Positions 26,863 to 39,320 of a DNA stretch of 64,000 bases are shown piece by piece. Under the pieces are notes generated by a model. That model was not told the origin of the DNA. It made no database searches and saw nothing but the letters and a program-made list of their open reading frames with translations. Numbering within the stretch: the stretch's first letter is position 1; every line of letters starts with the position of its first letter. Source of the DNA: Chrysomallon squamiferum. Lineage: Eukaryota; Animalia; Mollusca. The position numbers and the translations under genes were made by a program. The stretch spans positions 20,212,001 through 20,276,000 of the forward strand of contig CM022670.1 of assembly GCA_012295275.1 (NCBI GenBank), read 5' to 3'.

Positions 26863-29018
26863 ATTTATCTTAAAAAAAATAAAATTGACATTGGAGGGTC
26901 TCTTCATTTATTGTTTTTATAATCTTTTAGTACCATTATGATTCCATTTATCTCTGTGTTACAAACATTACATAAAATATTTGTATCTTCCTTGTTTGTT
27001 TGTTGATGCACATACATGCACATATCTTGTAAATACATTATATATTTGAATAGTCAAACTACTAGAGGTTTCACCCATGATGTTGATGTTTAATAACAGA
27101 TTTAATAATTTTGACTAACAGTTTAATATGGGGAATGATGTGCAGAAAATTAATTTGGCAATCACTAGACAATGTTAATTATTGGCCTCATTTTTTTAAA
27201 CATTATTTTTAAGGATTTTTTTTATTGTTGTGTATGTCACTGTGTGTATTTTTCCACACATGTGAACACATAAATAAATTATTCATAGACCACTGTATTT
27301 TATTTTTATTGTTCTGAAATGTTTTATTTACATTTTTTTTCTCGAGAGTGAGACAGACATATACAAACTGTCAGAGAAAAATAATATTAAATGTCATAAT
27401 CAGTTCACATGTATATGCATGCATATACACATATACCAACACATACAAGTACACACATGTATACATGTTCAACAGATACAAACAAACACAGACATGTAAA
27501 CCCTCACATGTACAGAGTATCAGTTTATAAAGTATTCTGATTAATTTTTGTTTTCAAAAAATATCAAAATAGATTAATGGGAGGAAAATCAATTTAATTT
27601 ATTCTGACATTATGAATTTTGTTTTCAAAAGCAAAATGATAAAAAGAAAATCAGTTTTAATTTATTTTGAATTTTGTTTTCAGTAACAAAATAAATAATG
27701 AAAAGGAATACACTTTAAACCAGTTTGATATTTTTAATTTCATTTTTTTTTTTTTTTTTTTAAATAACAATAACAAAATAAACTGATCAAAAATGAATTT
27801 CCTTTGAGGTAGGAAACTGAGTATAATTGATTGGCTGTATAAATATAAAATTAACGTTTTGTTGTGGAAACACACAGATGCTGTTTCAGCACGCAGTTTT
27901 GTTTGAGTAGTGGTGAGGTTCAGCTCATGGATGTTGTCAGCAGGTCGATGTATAGAACCAGGCTCATTGATGAATTTCTGTTTTGTTTCCCAGTCCTTGC
28001 TGCTTTTCTCACAAAACATAACACAGAGAATTTTGTTAGCCTCAATGACGTAGTTATTATTTCATTTACCAAGATAATGTTGTACAAATTATCAATGCAA
28101 ACATGTACCAGAGGAGAAAAATGGTGTGAGAAATATATTTTGTTTTTGTTAGTCAAACAGTAGGATGAGGAATCAATAGATGACTATAGAGGTTTTTCAG
28201 TTTTTTTATAACCAACTCAAGTTCAAGCCTTTATTTTTCTCATGCAAAACAATGCCATACAGTTTGCTATGTAGAGTTCATTTAAGTTAAAAATTATTAA
28301 GGCTTGGAAAGTAGTATGGTTTTGTGTCAATAGGAAAGGACTGTTATGGATTATTTTTTTAAGAATAATGATGTGAAATAGACTTCTGTTAGTAATTGCT
28401 GTTTTAAAGACAGGTTTAGCATTTACTGCTTTTATTTGTTGTATTATAATTTACAGAAAAATCAGTTAATACAACCATATTATTACTTTATATTGCTATT
28501 ATACTCACTGGTTTTGATTTTTATAAATTTTATGATTGGTAATATTTTGGGGTGGTGTGTTTTCTTATATAAAAATTAATAGTCTGAAGAGTTTAATTTT
28601 TTTCTTTATCTATCTTTTCACAAAACTAATAATTATTTCCATCTTTCAGCTATTTTAACTTTGAGATTTTGCTGTTCTCAGTATATCTGATTGACTCCCT
28701 CCTTCCCTTTCTCACAATTTCTCTTTCCTTCCCTCTCCCACTGTCTCCTTCCTAAAACAGTGGTAAATTGTCATAAGATAGACTTTATCAGTGCTTCTGT
28801 AGGATTGCTTCAGTGTCCAACAAAAGCTTTGGTGCTTTCTGCCAGTGAGACAGATGTATGTGCAAATATGTTCCTATGTTATTATTCAGAAAAGAGTAGC
28901 CCATAACATAGCAACAGTAAGACCCTCTTTTCTTTCTGAATATCATCCCGATCAGAATATATATAAATCACCAAAAAATACTTATATAAAAAATTAAAAA
29001 ATTATAAATGTGTATGTA

Positions 29019-29020
<2 letters not shown>

Positions 29021-29057
<37 letters not shown>

Positions 29058-29093
29058 TTTTTTTTTTTTTTTTATTTTTATTCCAAAAGGGAT
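29021..29093. repeat. (TA)n(CA)n-poly(T) compound repeat
   Basis: Direct reading. Confidence 0.85.
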
Positions 29094-30073
29094 GAAAAAA
29101 CCCTCACATTACATGTGAATTCAGTTTTCATATTTATTGTAAGCTGTCAATATGTGCTGAAACATTTGTGATCACATGCCATGGTGATAGCAGCTCCGAT
29201 GAGTTGTATAATCCGTATCAATGCTGTATTTAGACTTGGAAATGTGACAGCTTCGACAAGTGTAAGTGACACTGAGGAGATTTGTGTCACAACTGCACCA
29301 TGGGATGCAATAATGAGATCAAGAACACCAACTCTTGCTGCTTGCCAAACAAACAAGACAGCCTGTTGCAGATTACACAGAAATTTTGACATTAATGCCA
29401 ACAGCAAACATGGCTACAGGGGAAAATGAATGGTATACTTGTTAGATTCATGGAATGTTTGTCTGCAGGACTAAGGTTTGGCACTAGTTCTAATGTTTAA
29501 TTTTTAATTTTTTTTTGTAAGTCCAGCTACATGTTGTTTTGAGCAAATGTGAAGGTATTCTTTTTTTATAATTGTTTCGGTTGCAAAAAGATATACTAAG
29601 AGAAATGATGAGATGCTTAATTAGCCAGAATAATCAGATGTTTTAATTTTTTCTTTACAGTATGTCTGTTTTCTTTTTAGTGTGGGTGAAAATGGTTTGA
29701 ATAGCTCTGATGCTTAAATTGTACAATTTGCTCAGCATTGAAAAGCAGAACATAAATGCAGTATGGAGAACATGGCTAGAATTTATACATTTAATACATA
29801 TCTAAGACAAATTGCTAAGAAACATTTGCCCTGATGGAGCTTTGGTCAGAATAGAAAAGTACTCAGAGGATTGATCATATGTTTCTTCTTGTTATTAAAT
29901 TGAAATCATTACTTTTGGATTTCCAGTGGATGATTCACATATTGCTGAAATGGACTAACAGCAGAATACCACTCCTCATATATCAAACTCAGCATTTACC
30001 CATGAAGCTGTGAAATACTGTTAAGATTGCTAATTTTCCATAATACATATATAGTATTGATGCAAACAAAATA

Positions 30074-30115
<42 letters not shown>

Positions 30116-30349
30116 GTCAGGAGTGAAAATGTGTTAAATAACAAAAACTTCAATGAAAATTTTTGTAGACTATTTTTTATTATTATTGCTTCTTTTTTTT
30201 CTCTTTTTATGGTATTAATATATATTTTTTTATATATTCATCACAGGGTTGTTTTTATTTACACACCTTACAATAAAACCAGAAATAAAATAATGTAAAC
30301 ATATCCTATTCAGTGAAGCAAAATATTTATATACATATATATATACACG

Positions 30350-31052
30350 CAGTGGTCCTTGAGTTATGAGTGCTCCAATTTATGAGTTTTTTGAGTTATG
30401 AGCAGCCGCCCAGTCGAATTTTTGCTTTGATTTGCTAGCCAAAAAACTTCAGCACAACATACAACACAGCATCCACCCAGAATCCCGCATCTCACTCATT
30501 TGCTTCACTTGGTTACCTCACCATGGAAGCATTTCTGTTGTGTTGTGGTGATGTTTTGTGTCCAGTATTTTGACAAATGTCCATGAATCCTAAGAAAGTG
30601 AGTGCAAAGGACAGTGCTGAGAAGAAGAAGTGGATGATGTCTATTGAATTAAAGCATGAAATCATAGAAAATCATGAGTGATGTGTGTGTGTAGTCAACA
30701 TGGCCAGGCAGTATGAGTGTAGTACTTTTATGATATGTACCATACTGAAGCAGAAGGAGTCGATAAAGGCTATAACTCCAACCAGAGTCGTTAAAATATC
30801 TAAGCTATGGACCTCTGTCCACGAAAAGATGGAGAAACCCTAACCCTGTACACTTTACAAAGCCATATTTGTTATTTATACATATTATTTTTTTTATTTA
30901 AAAACAAGTTACAAAAACATTGGGGTTGTTTTTGGGGGGCTGGAATGGATTAATGGTATTTCAGTTAATTTCATTTGGGAAAATTGATTTGATATGCGAG
31001 CAAATTGAGTTATGAGCTTGGTCATGGAACGAATTAAACTCATAAGCCTCTG
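30350..31052 (+). mobile_element. Internally deleted Tigger/pogo-family (Tc1/mariner superfamily) DNA transposon
   Basis: 5' end CAGTGGTCCTTGAGTTATGAGT; 3' end ACTCATAAGCCTCTG followed by TA (partly deleted inverted repeat). Subterminal TTGAGTTATGAG is repeated. Contains a transposase N-terminal fragment and sits between TA-type microsatellites. Confidence 0.88.
30583..30843 (+). pseudogene. Tigger-type transposase N-terminal HTH (CENP-B N/psq-like) fragment with an internal stop
   Basis: MNPKKVSAKDSAEKKKWMMSIELKHEIIENHE*CVCVVNMARQYECSTFMICTILKQKESIKAITPTRVVKISKLWTSVHEKMEKP*. The K-EII...ARQY...TILK pattern is typical of pogo/Tigger transposases. No DDE domain is present. Confidence 0.88.
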
Positions 31053-31064
31053 TATATATGTTTA

Positions 31065-31101
<37 letters not shown>

Positions 31102-31211
31102 ATGTATGTATGTATGTATGTATGTATGTATGTATGTATGTATGTATGTATGTATGTATGTATGTATGGATGTATGTATGTATGTATGTATGTATGTATG
31201 TATGTATGTAT
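31065..31211. repeat. (TG)n(TATG)n compound microsatellite next to the Tigger 3' end
   Basis: About 30 TATG units with one interruption. Explains ORF-track entries 31012..31275 and 31062..31250. Confidence 0.97.
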
Positions 31212-33081
31212 TTTAAATTTAAATAATTTAACAGAGTTCATCATTTTCAACTTATTGAGATTTAATCTAATCTAACACATTTCTTTACTGATATTTTTTC
31301 TTATTTTACCAGTTAGAAATGCTTTAAAATCCATTTTGCCATCACAGCTTTTAATACCTCTTTAAAAATAAATAAATAATAACAGCAAAGTTGTCTCATT
31401 TTATGCTTGCATCTTGTCGCACATATAAAATTTTCACAACCCATTGTGATATATGAACTGTATGCTCCTTACAGGAGTGCAATAAGATAATTAATTTTTA
31501 AAAGCAGATCTGAAAAATAATTGAACTGAAAATGCATATAAACATAGAGAAATGTATTGTGCTGCTTGGACAAAGGTTGCTGTATTCAGTCAGCTGTTGC
31601 CATGGGCTTCAGTGTGTTCAGCGTCTAGCAGCCATTTGTTGTTCATTGATTTCAGACAAAGTACAGAGAAAAATAACATAAAACATTTACAAAGGATTAG
31701 TAACCTCACTTGACATTTTGTTGATGTAATGCATTTTTTATGCTGTTCTGTTGGCTTCTTGTTTTATATTTGGTTGCACTGTGTCTGTGATTGTACAGCA
31801 AATGTTTGTGACAATTTTTTTTTTTTTTTTTAAAAGCTTATAATGTTTATAATTATTACACTATTTAGATTTATTTCTCTGCACTAATTCATTACACAGA
31901 TCATTCATTCTGCGTTTTGTTTTTGGCTTTCCCTTTTATCTTTTTTTCTCTCATAAAAAGCTGTTTTAAATATATAAACGAGAAGCTATTCTTGCCCACA
32001 AAAAAAGACAGACTAAAAGATTAATAATATGATAGATAGAAGGTGAAAGATACAAATATTTTAACATTTGTATTGACAGTACTAACTGTAGTTATAATGA
32101 TGATGTTGTTATCACAAACAGGAGGAGGAATGATTGTTATAGTAGTAATAGAAGAAGTAATAGTAGGAATAACATAACACTAGTAGTAGTAGTAGTAGTT
32201 GCTGTTGTTATTGTTGTTGTGCTAGAAATGGTAGTAATTTATTTATAGCTTTAATGATTATAGTTTTGTTATCAGCATGATGGTTGTAGTAGTTGTAGTT
32301 AATGTAACTGTTGTTACTATGGTTGTTATCCCAGTGGAACCATTAGGAATTTTGTTTTCAAATTATTTTTTCTTAGTGTATTTGTTTTTATTTAGTTTTT
32401 GTTTTGATTTGCATTTTTTTTTTTGGTTTGGTTTCGTCTATTTATTTATTTATTTTTAGGTATATAATTTTAGGTCCTTTTTTTTCTTCTGTAGTAGGTC
32501 ATTAAATATGCATAACACTTTGAAATCAAGTATGAAAAGACTTGGATTTCAACTACATCATAAATAGATTTTCTAAGGGTTAGATGTTGAATTGTATTTT
32601 GATTATATTGATCCCACTAGACACCACCCACCTGTGCTCTTAAAATAATGATCCTGGTTTTTTTCTTCAGTAAACTGTTCTAATTTTATCATACATCTAA
32701 TTTTAAAGTTAACCATTTTAAATACTTGTATTACAAAATTGCAAAGCATTTTTAGTAAAGATAATTGTAGTAAAGAAATTGTGTATGGAAACCTATAAAT
32801 AAGTATTCAGCTGAAATTATCTGATATGTAATGAACTGCTGTTAGCTAACTAATGATTATGGAAGATGTTTCAGTATCTAGAAAGTGTTCATTGTTCTAA
32901 CATTGTTATTGTGACATAAATAAGTTAACTTCATAAATTTGCATGAATGTTATTGATTCAGCATATCTTTATTTTACTTATAAGGACTTTATATTGATAT
33001 ATTCATGACTAACAGTATTCAGAAACAAATTTCTAGGTGTTTAAAATGACAGCTAATATTTTGTTATGTTTTATTTTGTAG

Positions 33082-33215
33082 ACTTTCTTCAGAATTGCCA
33101 CCTCTGTCAAGTCCAGACAGTCAGATTGGAAGTACTGAAAGTAGCCATTCTTCTCTAAACCACTCTAACCTTGATGGTCCAAATATTAACATCACACCAA
33201 ATGGCACAGCAGAAG
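33082..33215 (+). CDS. eya: eya coding exon B (LSSELPPLSSPDSQIGSTESSHSSLNHSNLDGPNINITPNGTAE)
   Basis: ttattttgtag|ACTTTC...GAAG|gtaaac, phase 2 to 1. LSSPDS and TPNGT match the recalled vertebrate Eya1 N-terminus (LTSPHS...TPNGTE). Confidence 0.9.
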
Positions 33216-35538
33216 GTAAACCATTCTATATAACAATGTGAAATTTAATAGATTTATGTAATTTACATATAGGGTAATGGATAATGTTGATTCCTCTGCA
33301 GTATGAAGAATAGTTAAAACTATAAAACTGTGATCACTTTGTGGTGCTGGATTTAAATCACAGCAGAATGGGAAGGCTTACGCTTAACTCATTAACCAAG
33401 ATTTCCAGATTGTGAATCCAATATGACTGCTTTAGAAAATTTGAAATTTAAATAATTTCATCCAGGTTAATGACATCAGCAAGATGAACCAGTGCAGTGT
33501 CAAGACACTTTCTCCACTCACACCCTCTTTTGATTAATGGCTGCCAGAAGGTTGATTAGAGGTAAAAATCTGGTTGGGATAAGATCACATTGCCCAGAAT
33601 CTGATTCTTATCTGACCCAGGTCCAGGCAAGGCTTTCTGTTATATACCAGTCTGTTGTTAGTGGGGTGTGACCACACATGAATATTAGACAATGAACTTT
33701 CTAATGTACTCTTCTCTGTGCAGTGTTGCAGACAATGGCATTTGCATTATATTCCAGAAATGCATGTGACCAGATACTGTCCATTGTCATTATGAGGTCT
33801 TGGGCCATTGTTAGAGCATATGCCTCAGGCAGGTGGGTTTGAGAATGATGGGTAGTAGCCATATCCTGAGGTGACCCTAAGGTAAAAAGAAATAATAATA
33901 AAATCTTTTTTTTTTTTTTTTTTTTTTTGATGGTCTGATAAAGACATCGTAATTGCATGATGCCCACCATGTTCAAGTTGGTGTGCAGTGGTCACAATGG
34001 ACTTTGTGCCAAGTTCAGGCATGTGTGTTGGACAGGTGTATAGATAATGCTATATAACATTACACATTTACATGTTCATTGTGCAGAGGTTATCCTCAAA
34101 GCAGGCTTTATTTGCTGAGCTGAGGCCAGAACATGGCAGATGCGTTGCTCAATGGAGTTTTACTATGATGATAAATATCTCTAATATAAATAACAAATAC
34201 ATGTTAAAAAAATACATTGAGAGTGAAAGTAGAGACTGAATGTGCAGGTAAAAGATTTATTCTATTTAAAATGTTTCATTTTCATTTTAAAAAAGTTTGT
34301 CAGCTTTAGTACAGTCTGAATTAAAAATTGTTTATTTTGAAGTAATATAATTTAATAAAAATTCAGTGATTTTAAACTTGTAAAATATAATTTTGATGAA
34401 ATAAATTTAATTTTTTAATTAAAATGTTACTATACTTTGAAGCAAATGGCATATAATGATAATATATGCAACACCTGTTAATGTTTATATAATTGGTGTT
34501 TTTGTTTTAATTGTGAATAAGTATAGTTATACATTTAAATGGAAACTGTCAGAAATCTGATTAAGTAAATGTCCTTTAATGGAGTAAACTATTCTGCAGC
34601 CATTTTATGTGTTATTCTTTCACTTGGAAAACATATGGTAGTATTGTAATGTAATGGTTTCAGATATATGGTTTCATTTTTGTTTATAGTTTGTCTCATC
34701 ACTTTGAAGATCATTATCATTATTATGTTTTTATTACTTTCCTCCTTATAAAAAAAAAATAAAGTAAAATATCCTAAATTTAAAATATTTAAATAAATAA
34801 AATATAAACAATTCTTATTAAAACAAAAATTAATCTTCATCCATTAGGGCAGAAAAAAAAAAAAAATTCAATCTGGAGTGTTTTTACATGGGTTCACTGA
34901 CATTAATGACAACCAGAGTTACAAAGAATTGTTACAGTTCCTATCACAAGCTTCATCTCCAATAATGATTCTCCCAGTTTGGCGACCATTTTAATTGTGC
35001 TGGGGAGACACTATCGTTCGCTCTGTGTCCCCATCAATCTTCTTTAGGCTCCCTCTGACACATCATCAACTTATCGAAATTATCTCCGAGGCTCAGTCGC
35101 CATTGGTGACGGAACTGCCTCTCAGCACTCAAAATGATCTATTGTAGAGATAACCCCAGTGGCATCTCCAATCTGTCACCTCCCTTCACATGTCCTCAAC
35201 AAGTTTAACAATATTAAAATTTCTCAAGGAAGAGGACAAAAACATTATAAATAGTCTGTTAAATTCATTGTGTTAAGCTTAATTACTTTCCATCATTTAT
35301 CCTCAGAAAGTTTAATATGTTTTTTACAGTTCATGTTTTTCCATTGCATAAACAGCAGTTTCCCTCTGAACTCAATAGCCTGTTTCATGCCACAGTCCTT
35401 CAATGGCATCAGCAATATGTAATTGTATTTCTCTAAAATATATGCAAGAGAAATTTATATATAAAAATGTATCAAAGTTTACACATTAGAAGTCAATAAG
35501 TATTTGCAATTTAAATTAGTAAGCTTTGGGGATACATA

Positions 35539-35572
<34 letters not shown>

Positions 35573-36032
35573 GTTCTGTATATTTGAATTATTTTTTTCA
35601 CGTGTCCTCACAAAGTTTCAAATGTTTTGAATATTTAGTCTAGATTTTAATAAAAATATATTTAAAAAATAAAGTATCCCCAACCTTATTATCTTCACCT
35701 GCATTGCTTTTTGAAATCATAAGCCATGAAGCTGAGGATTGAAAATGCTTTTCACATTGTTCAGTGAACTTTCAAATAAAATGCTTTATTACTCCTCAGT
35801 GTTTAAAGGTGTTAACATGGACAGTCTTGCCCTGTACATTAAAAGGTGTCTATTTCCAAAATAAATATTTTTTTTTTGTTGTCTGAAAAATGAAGGTGAT
35901 TGTGTGATAAAATAGTTCATGAATATATTTACCTGTAAAGTTGTGATTGAAATTTCTGATTAGTTTTTACAGCAGTTTTCAATAATCTCTTCAGTGGATT
36001 TTATTCTTGGTTTTAAATTATTTTAATTTGAT

Positions 36033-36118
36033 GATTTTCAAACTGTGGGTTATGACCCCCAAGCCGATTTTCAAGCCTTTTAGATTCAAGTAATAAAATT
36101 TATAAAATTATGGGTCAT
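36033..36118. mobile_element. Possible hAT/Charlie-like terminal fragment
   Basis: TTTTCAAACTGTGGGTTATGACCCC resembles Charlie-type termini (recall), with a short inverted TGGGTCAT at 36111. Too short to be sure. Confidence 0.25.
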
Positions 36119-37030
36119 TTTGTTATAAAATGTCAATTTGAAACGGTTTTCAAAATAATTATTGTTTGTAAATAATGTCAATTTTTTTTTTTTTTTTTCA
36201 AATCATTATTATTTATTTTATAGTTCTGAAATGAAATTCCATAAAACATAAATGTATAATAAAATTTTTCTTCTCATTTTTTTTATGTCATTATTGTTGC
36301 ATAAAACATTTATGGATCCAATTAAATGTTTTTTACTCCCTCTTTTTGGGGTATTTTTATTTATCTTAAATAATATTGTTTTGAAATGAATTTCTAGAAA
36401 ATTAAATTATATAATTTCTTTTTACATTATTCATAAAGTTAAAAAAAAAAAGTTGTTTCTTTTCTCTTTATTTTTATATTATAATTTCAAAATTAATTTC
36501 CATAAAAGATATTTATTGTTATGCTTATTTTTTTTTAAGTTTTCATTTATGAAGTCACTTTTATATGAATTTCTGATTTTGTTATTTTAATACTGACACT
36601 GAATTAAGATAATGAACATTTAAAGTTAATAACATACTGCGAATTTACTATTTTCTTTTGATGTACTCATTGCATTATTGTTTTTTAACTCATTTTTCCT
36701 TTTCATTTCATATATTTATTTTGTTATTTATTTTTATGATTTCTTTTTCTTTTACATTTTATAGATTTTAAATTTTTTTTTAAATTTATTTTGTATTATA
36801 TTGATTTATTATTTATTAATTAGGAGTAATATTAAATTTTATTTATAATTATTTTATTTCTTTTATATGTATTATATTTTCTAATATTTAGTTGAATATT
36901 TATTTTTAAGTTTTTAATAATCTTTTTAATTTATTAATTATATAATTATTTTGTGGATTTATTTATATTATTTTACTTTTATAATCATCCACATCTTCAT
37001 CATTAGTCTTATTATTGTCTATGAAACCAT

Positions 37031-37034
<4 letters not shown>

Positions 37035-37069
<35 letters not shown>
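37035..37069. repeat. (AC)n microsatellite about 60 nt upstream of the exon C acceptor
   Basis: Direct reading. Confidence 0.95.
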
Positions 37070-37070
<1 letters not shown>

Positions 37071-37128
37071 TAAAATAAGTGTTCTCTTTTTAAAAACCAA
37101 ATTGTTTAATGTTTTGACGTTCTTGCAG

Positions 37129-37203
37129 GTGGACAAACATTGCCCGTGTCTGATACCCCATCTTTCCACACCACCGAGCCGTGGGTGATCAATACAGAGT
37201 CAT
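37129..37203 (+). CDS. eya: eya coding exon C (GGQTLPVSDTPSFHTTEPWVINTES), symmetric 75-nt exon
   Basis: ttcttgcag|GTGGAC...GTCAT|gtaagt, phase 1 to 1, open frame. HTTEPWVI resembles Eya4 LNTADWLL (recalled). Confidence 0.82.
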
Positions 37204-39227
37204 GTAAGTTTCATTAAATGTTGAACCTTAAACTGTTTTCATCTTGACTGAATGTCTTTCTTATAAAGATCCAAGTCAGAACATAAAACAAATTCGACTA
37301 TGCAGTCCCATATCAGTGATAACAATAAGAAAAATTGTTTGGAACAGGATAAAAAAACAAACAATATCTTTTGTCATGGAGCACTTTCTGACTTGGGACA
37401 AAATAATATAGGCTGATATATTCTATTTCGTCCAAGTATCATAAAGCTGTTTAAAACATTGGCTAAGACTCATTTCTTCTTCTTTTTTCTTCATCTGGCA
37501 AAATACCACAAAGCACCATAGCTTCTATTATCAGCTGCCTTCATGACTGGAGGTAAAACTTTTCACAAAAAAATACACACCTCCTCCATAGAGGCCCTCA
37601 CTTGAGAACACTTGTTTCTGTCAGGGCAGTCACTTGAAGTGGCAGTGTTCCTCTTACCTCAAGTGGTCAGTGCTGCTGGCAAAGGGCTCTTACCACAAGC
37701 ATCCAGATGATAAAAGAATATATCTGTTGATTGATGTGTAGCTATATGTAAATAAGTAAGCACCTTATATGACAGCTACCTTTTTTTGTTTTGTGTGAGA
37801 ATCATGAAATATTTCCCTTAAACATGAGAAAAGAAGTGTAAAATAAATGGATGGAAAAAATTTAGATTGTAATTTTCCTTTTTTTGTTTTTTTTACATAG
37901 ATTTTTAGAAAATAAGATAACATTTTAGAGTGCAAGGTAGAATATATATTAGGTTATTTATTAGAATTTCAGAGATTTTCTTTAAAATAACATCATGCTT
38001 ATTGTTTTGCAAAAATAATTACACTATAAGTTAAGCTTTCTGGAAATTTTTTAATATATGTGTGAAATGTTCTAGAAAATAAAGAAGGCAATAATATAAA
38101 AATTTAAAGAAAAAATATTAATAATAATCTCTCTTATCTCTTCCAAATATTTCCACTAATTTAATCTAGAAATCACAAAACATTACTGGGATTCATTCTT
38201 CCCTGCAACTTCCATGCTAGTCATAAATCATTTATCATTTTTCTTCTAAATCAGTATATAATACATACAGTTTTATTTTTTATAATCATCTTTGTTTCAT
38301 TCAGCAGTGACATAAATGAGTGTTTACAGGCTTTTGTTTTTCTTTCTTCTTTCTTTTTTTCCCCCCTTTTTTGCTTTTTCTGCTTCTTCAGAATAGCTTA
38401 ATAAATTGTCCAAATTGTTGAATAGGTAGCATGTAGTTTTAACAACAGCACTGTAATTACACTTCAGCCAGTGACAGATAACCAGTCAACTGAAGGTGGC
38501 AAATTTAATCATGACCAGTCTATCTGTTCCCATCACACCATGGGGAGGAAATCTGTCAAGTTCTTTAATTCCATCTTCACCATACATTTGTAGCCAGTTA
38601 GCAGTGGTTTATTAAATTTTGTTCTATAATTTGTTCAAATTATTCTTGTGGTTAGTATGGATTCTTTGAGCTTTTTCAAAAAAGAAAAAAAATACGAAGA
38701 AGAAAAGGTTATTAAAAAAGTGAGTGGATATATAGAGAAACAAACAAACAGATAGATATAGAATAGATAGACAGATATAGGATATATAGATAGATATAAA
38801 TATAATGGTAATGGTAAAGGAGAAACACCTTAAATGGAATATATTTAAATTTAATTAATGACACCTATTATATTATTAATAAAGAGCTCTGGGAGAATGG
38901 GAAATAGCTAAAAGAACCTTTTTTAAAAGACTGATCCTAATAACTTCCTATAAGAAAAAAAAAGTAGTTAGAACAATTCAGCAAGATCATTTTGAAATCA
39001 TTTAGATTCTCAATAGCTTTAATGAAATCAATATGAGATAAATAATTTACTCACAAAGCAATATTAAAGTGGAACTGAAATGCATCTGTGGTTACCAAGG
39101 TTACAAATATATCCCAAATCTGTTGGTTATTTTCTTCTTCTTCTTCTTCTTATTATTATTTCAGTTATTTTATTTACACTTCCAAAGTGTTATTATTATA
39201 ATTTTTTTAATTATAATTTAGATTCAG

Positions 39228-39320
39228 CAGTGAAAAGAGAATTGCCGTCTGAAGATAGTCCATCCCATTCACCTTTTACCTCAGTCAGTACAGCCAGTGA
39301 TAGTGTTGAAAATTATACAG
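39228..39320 (+). CDS. eya: eya coding exon D (VKRELPSEDSPSHSPFTSVSTASDSVENYTG); start may be 39222, 39228 or 39231
   Basis: Three in-frame acceptors in tttag-attcag-cag; donor ACAG|gtatgt; phase 1 to 1. VKRE...DSVENYTG parallels vertebrate VKTE...DGSLNNFSG (recalled). Confidence 0.87.

Noticed and set aside
33825-33876. Antisense peptide GYGYYPSF as an inverted duplicate of eya exon I (GYYPSF)
   Set aside because: Only six residues match, the codons differ and the flanks do not align; likely coincidence.
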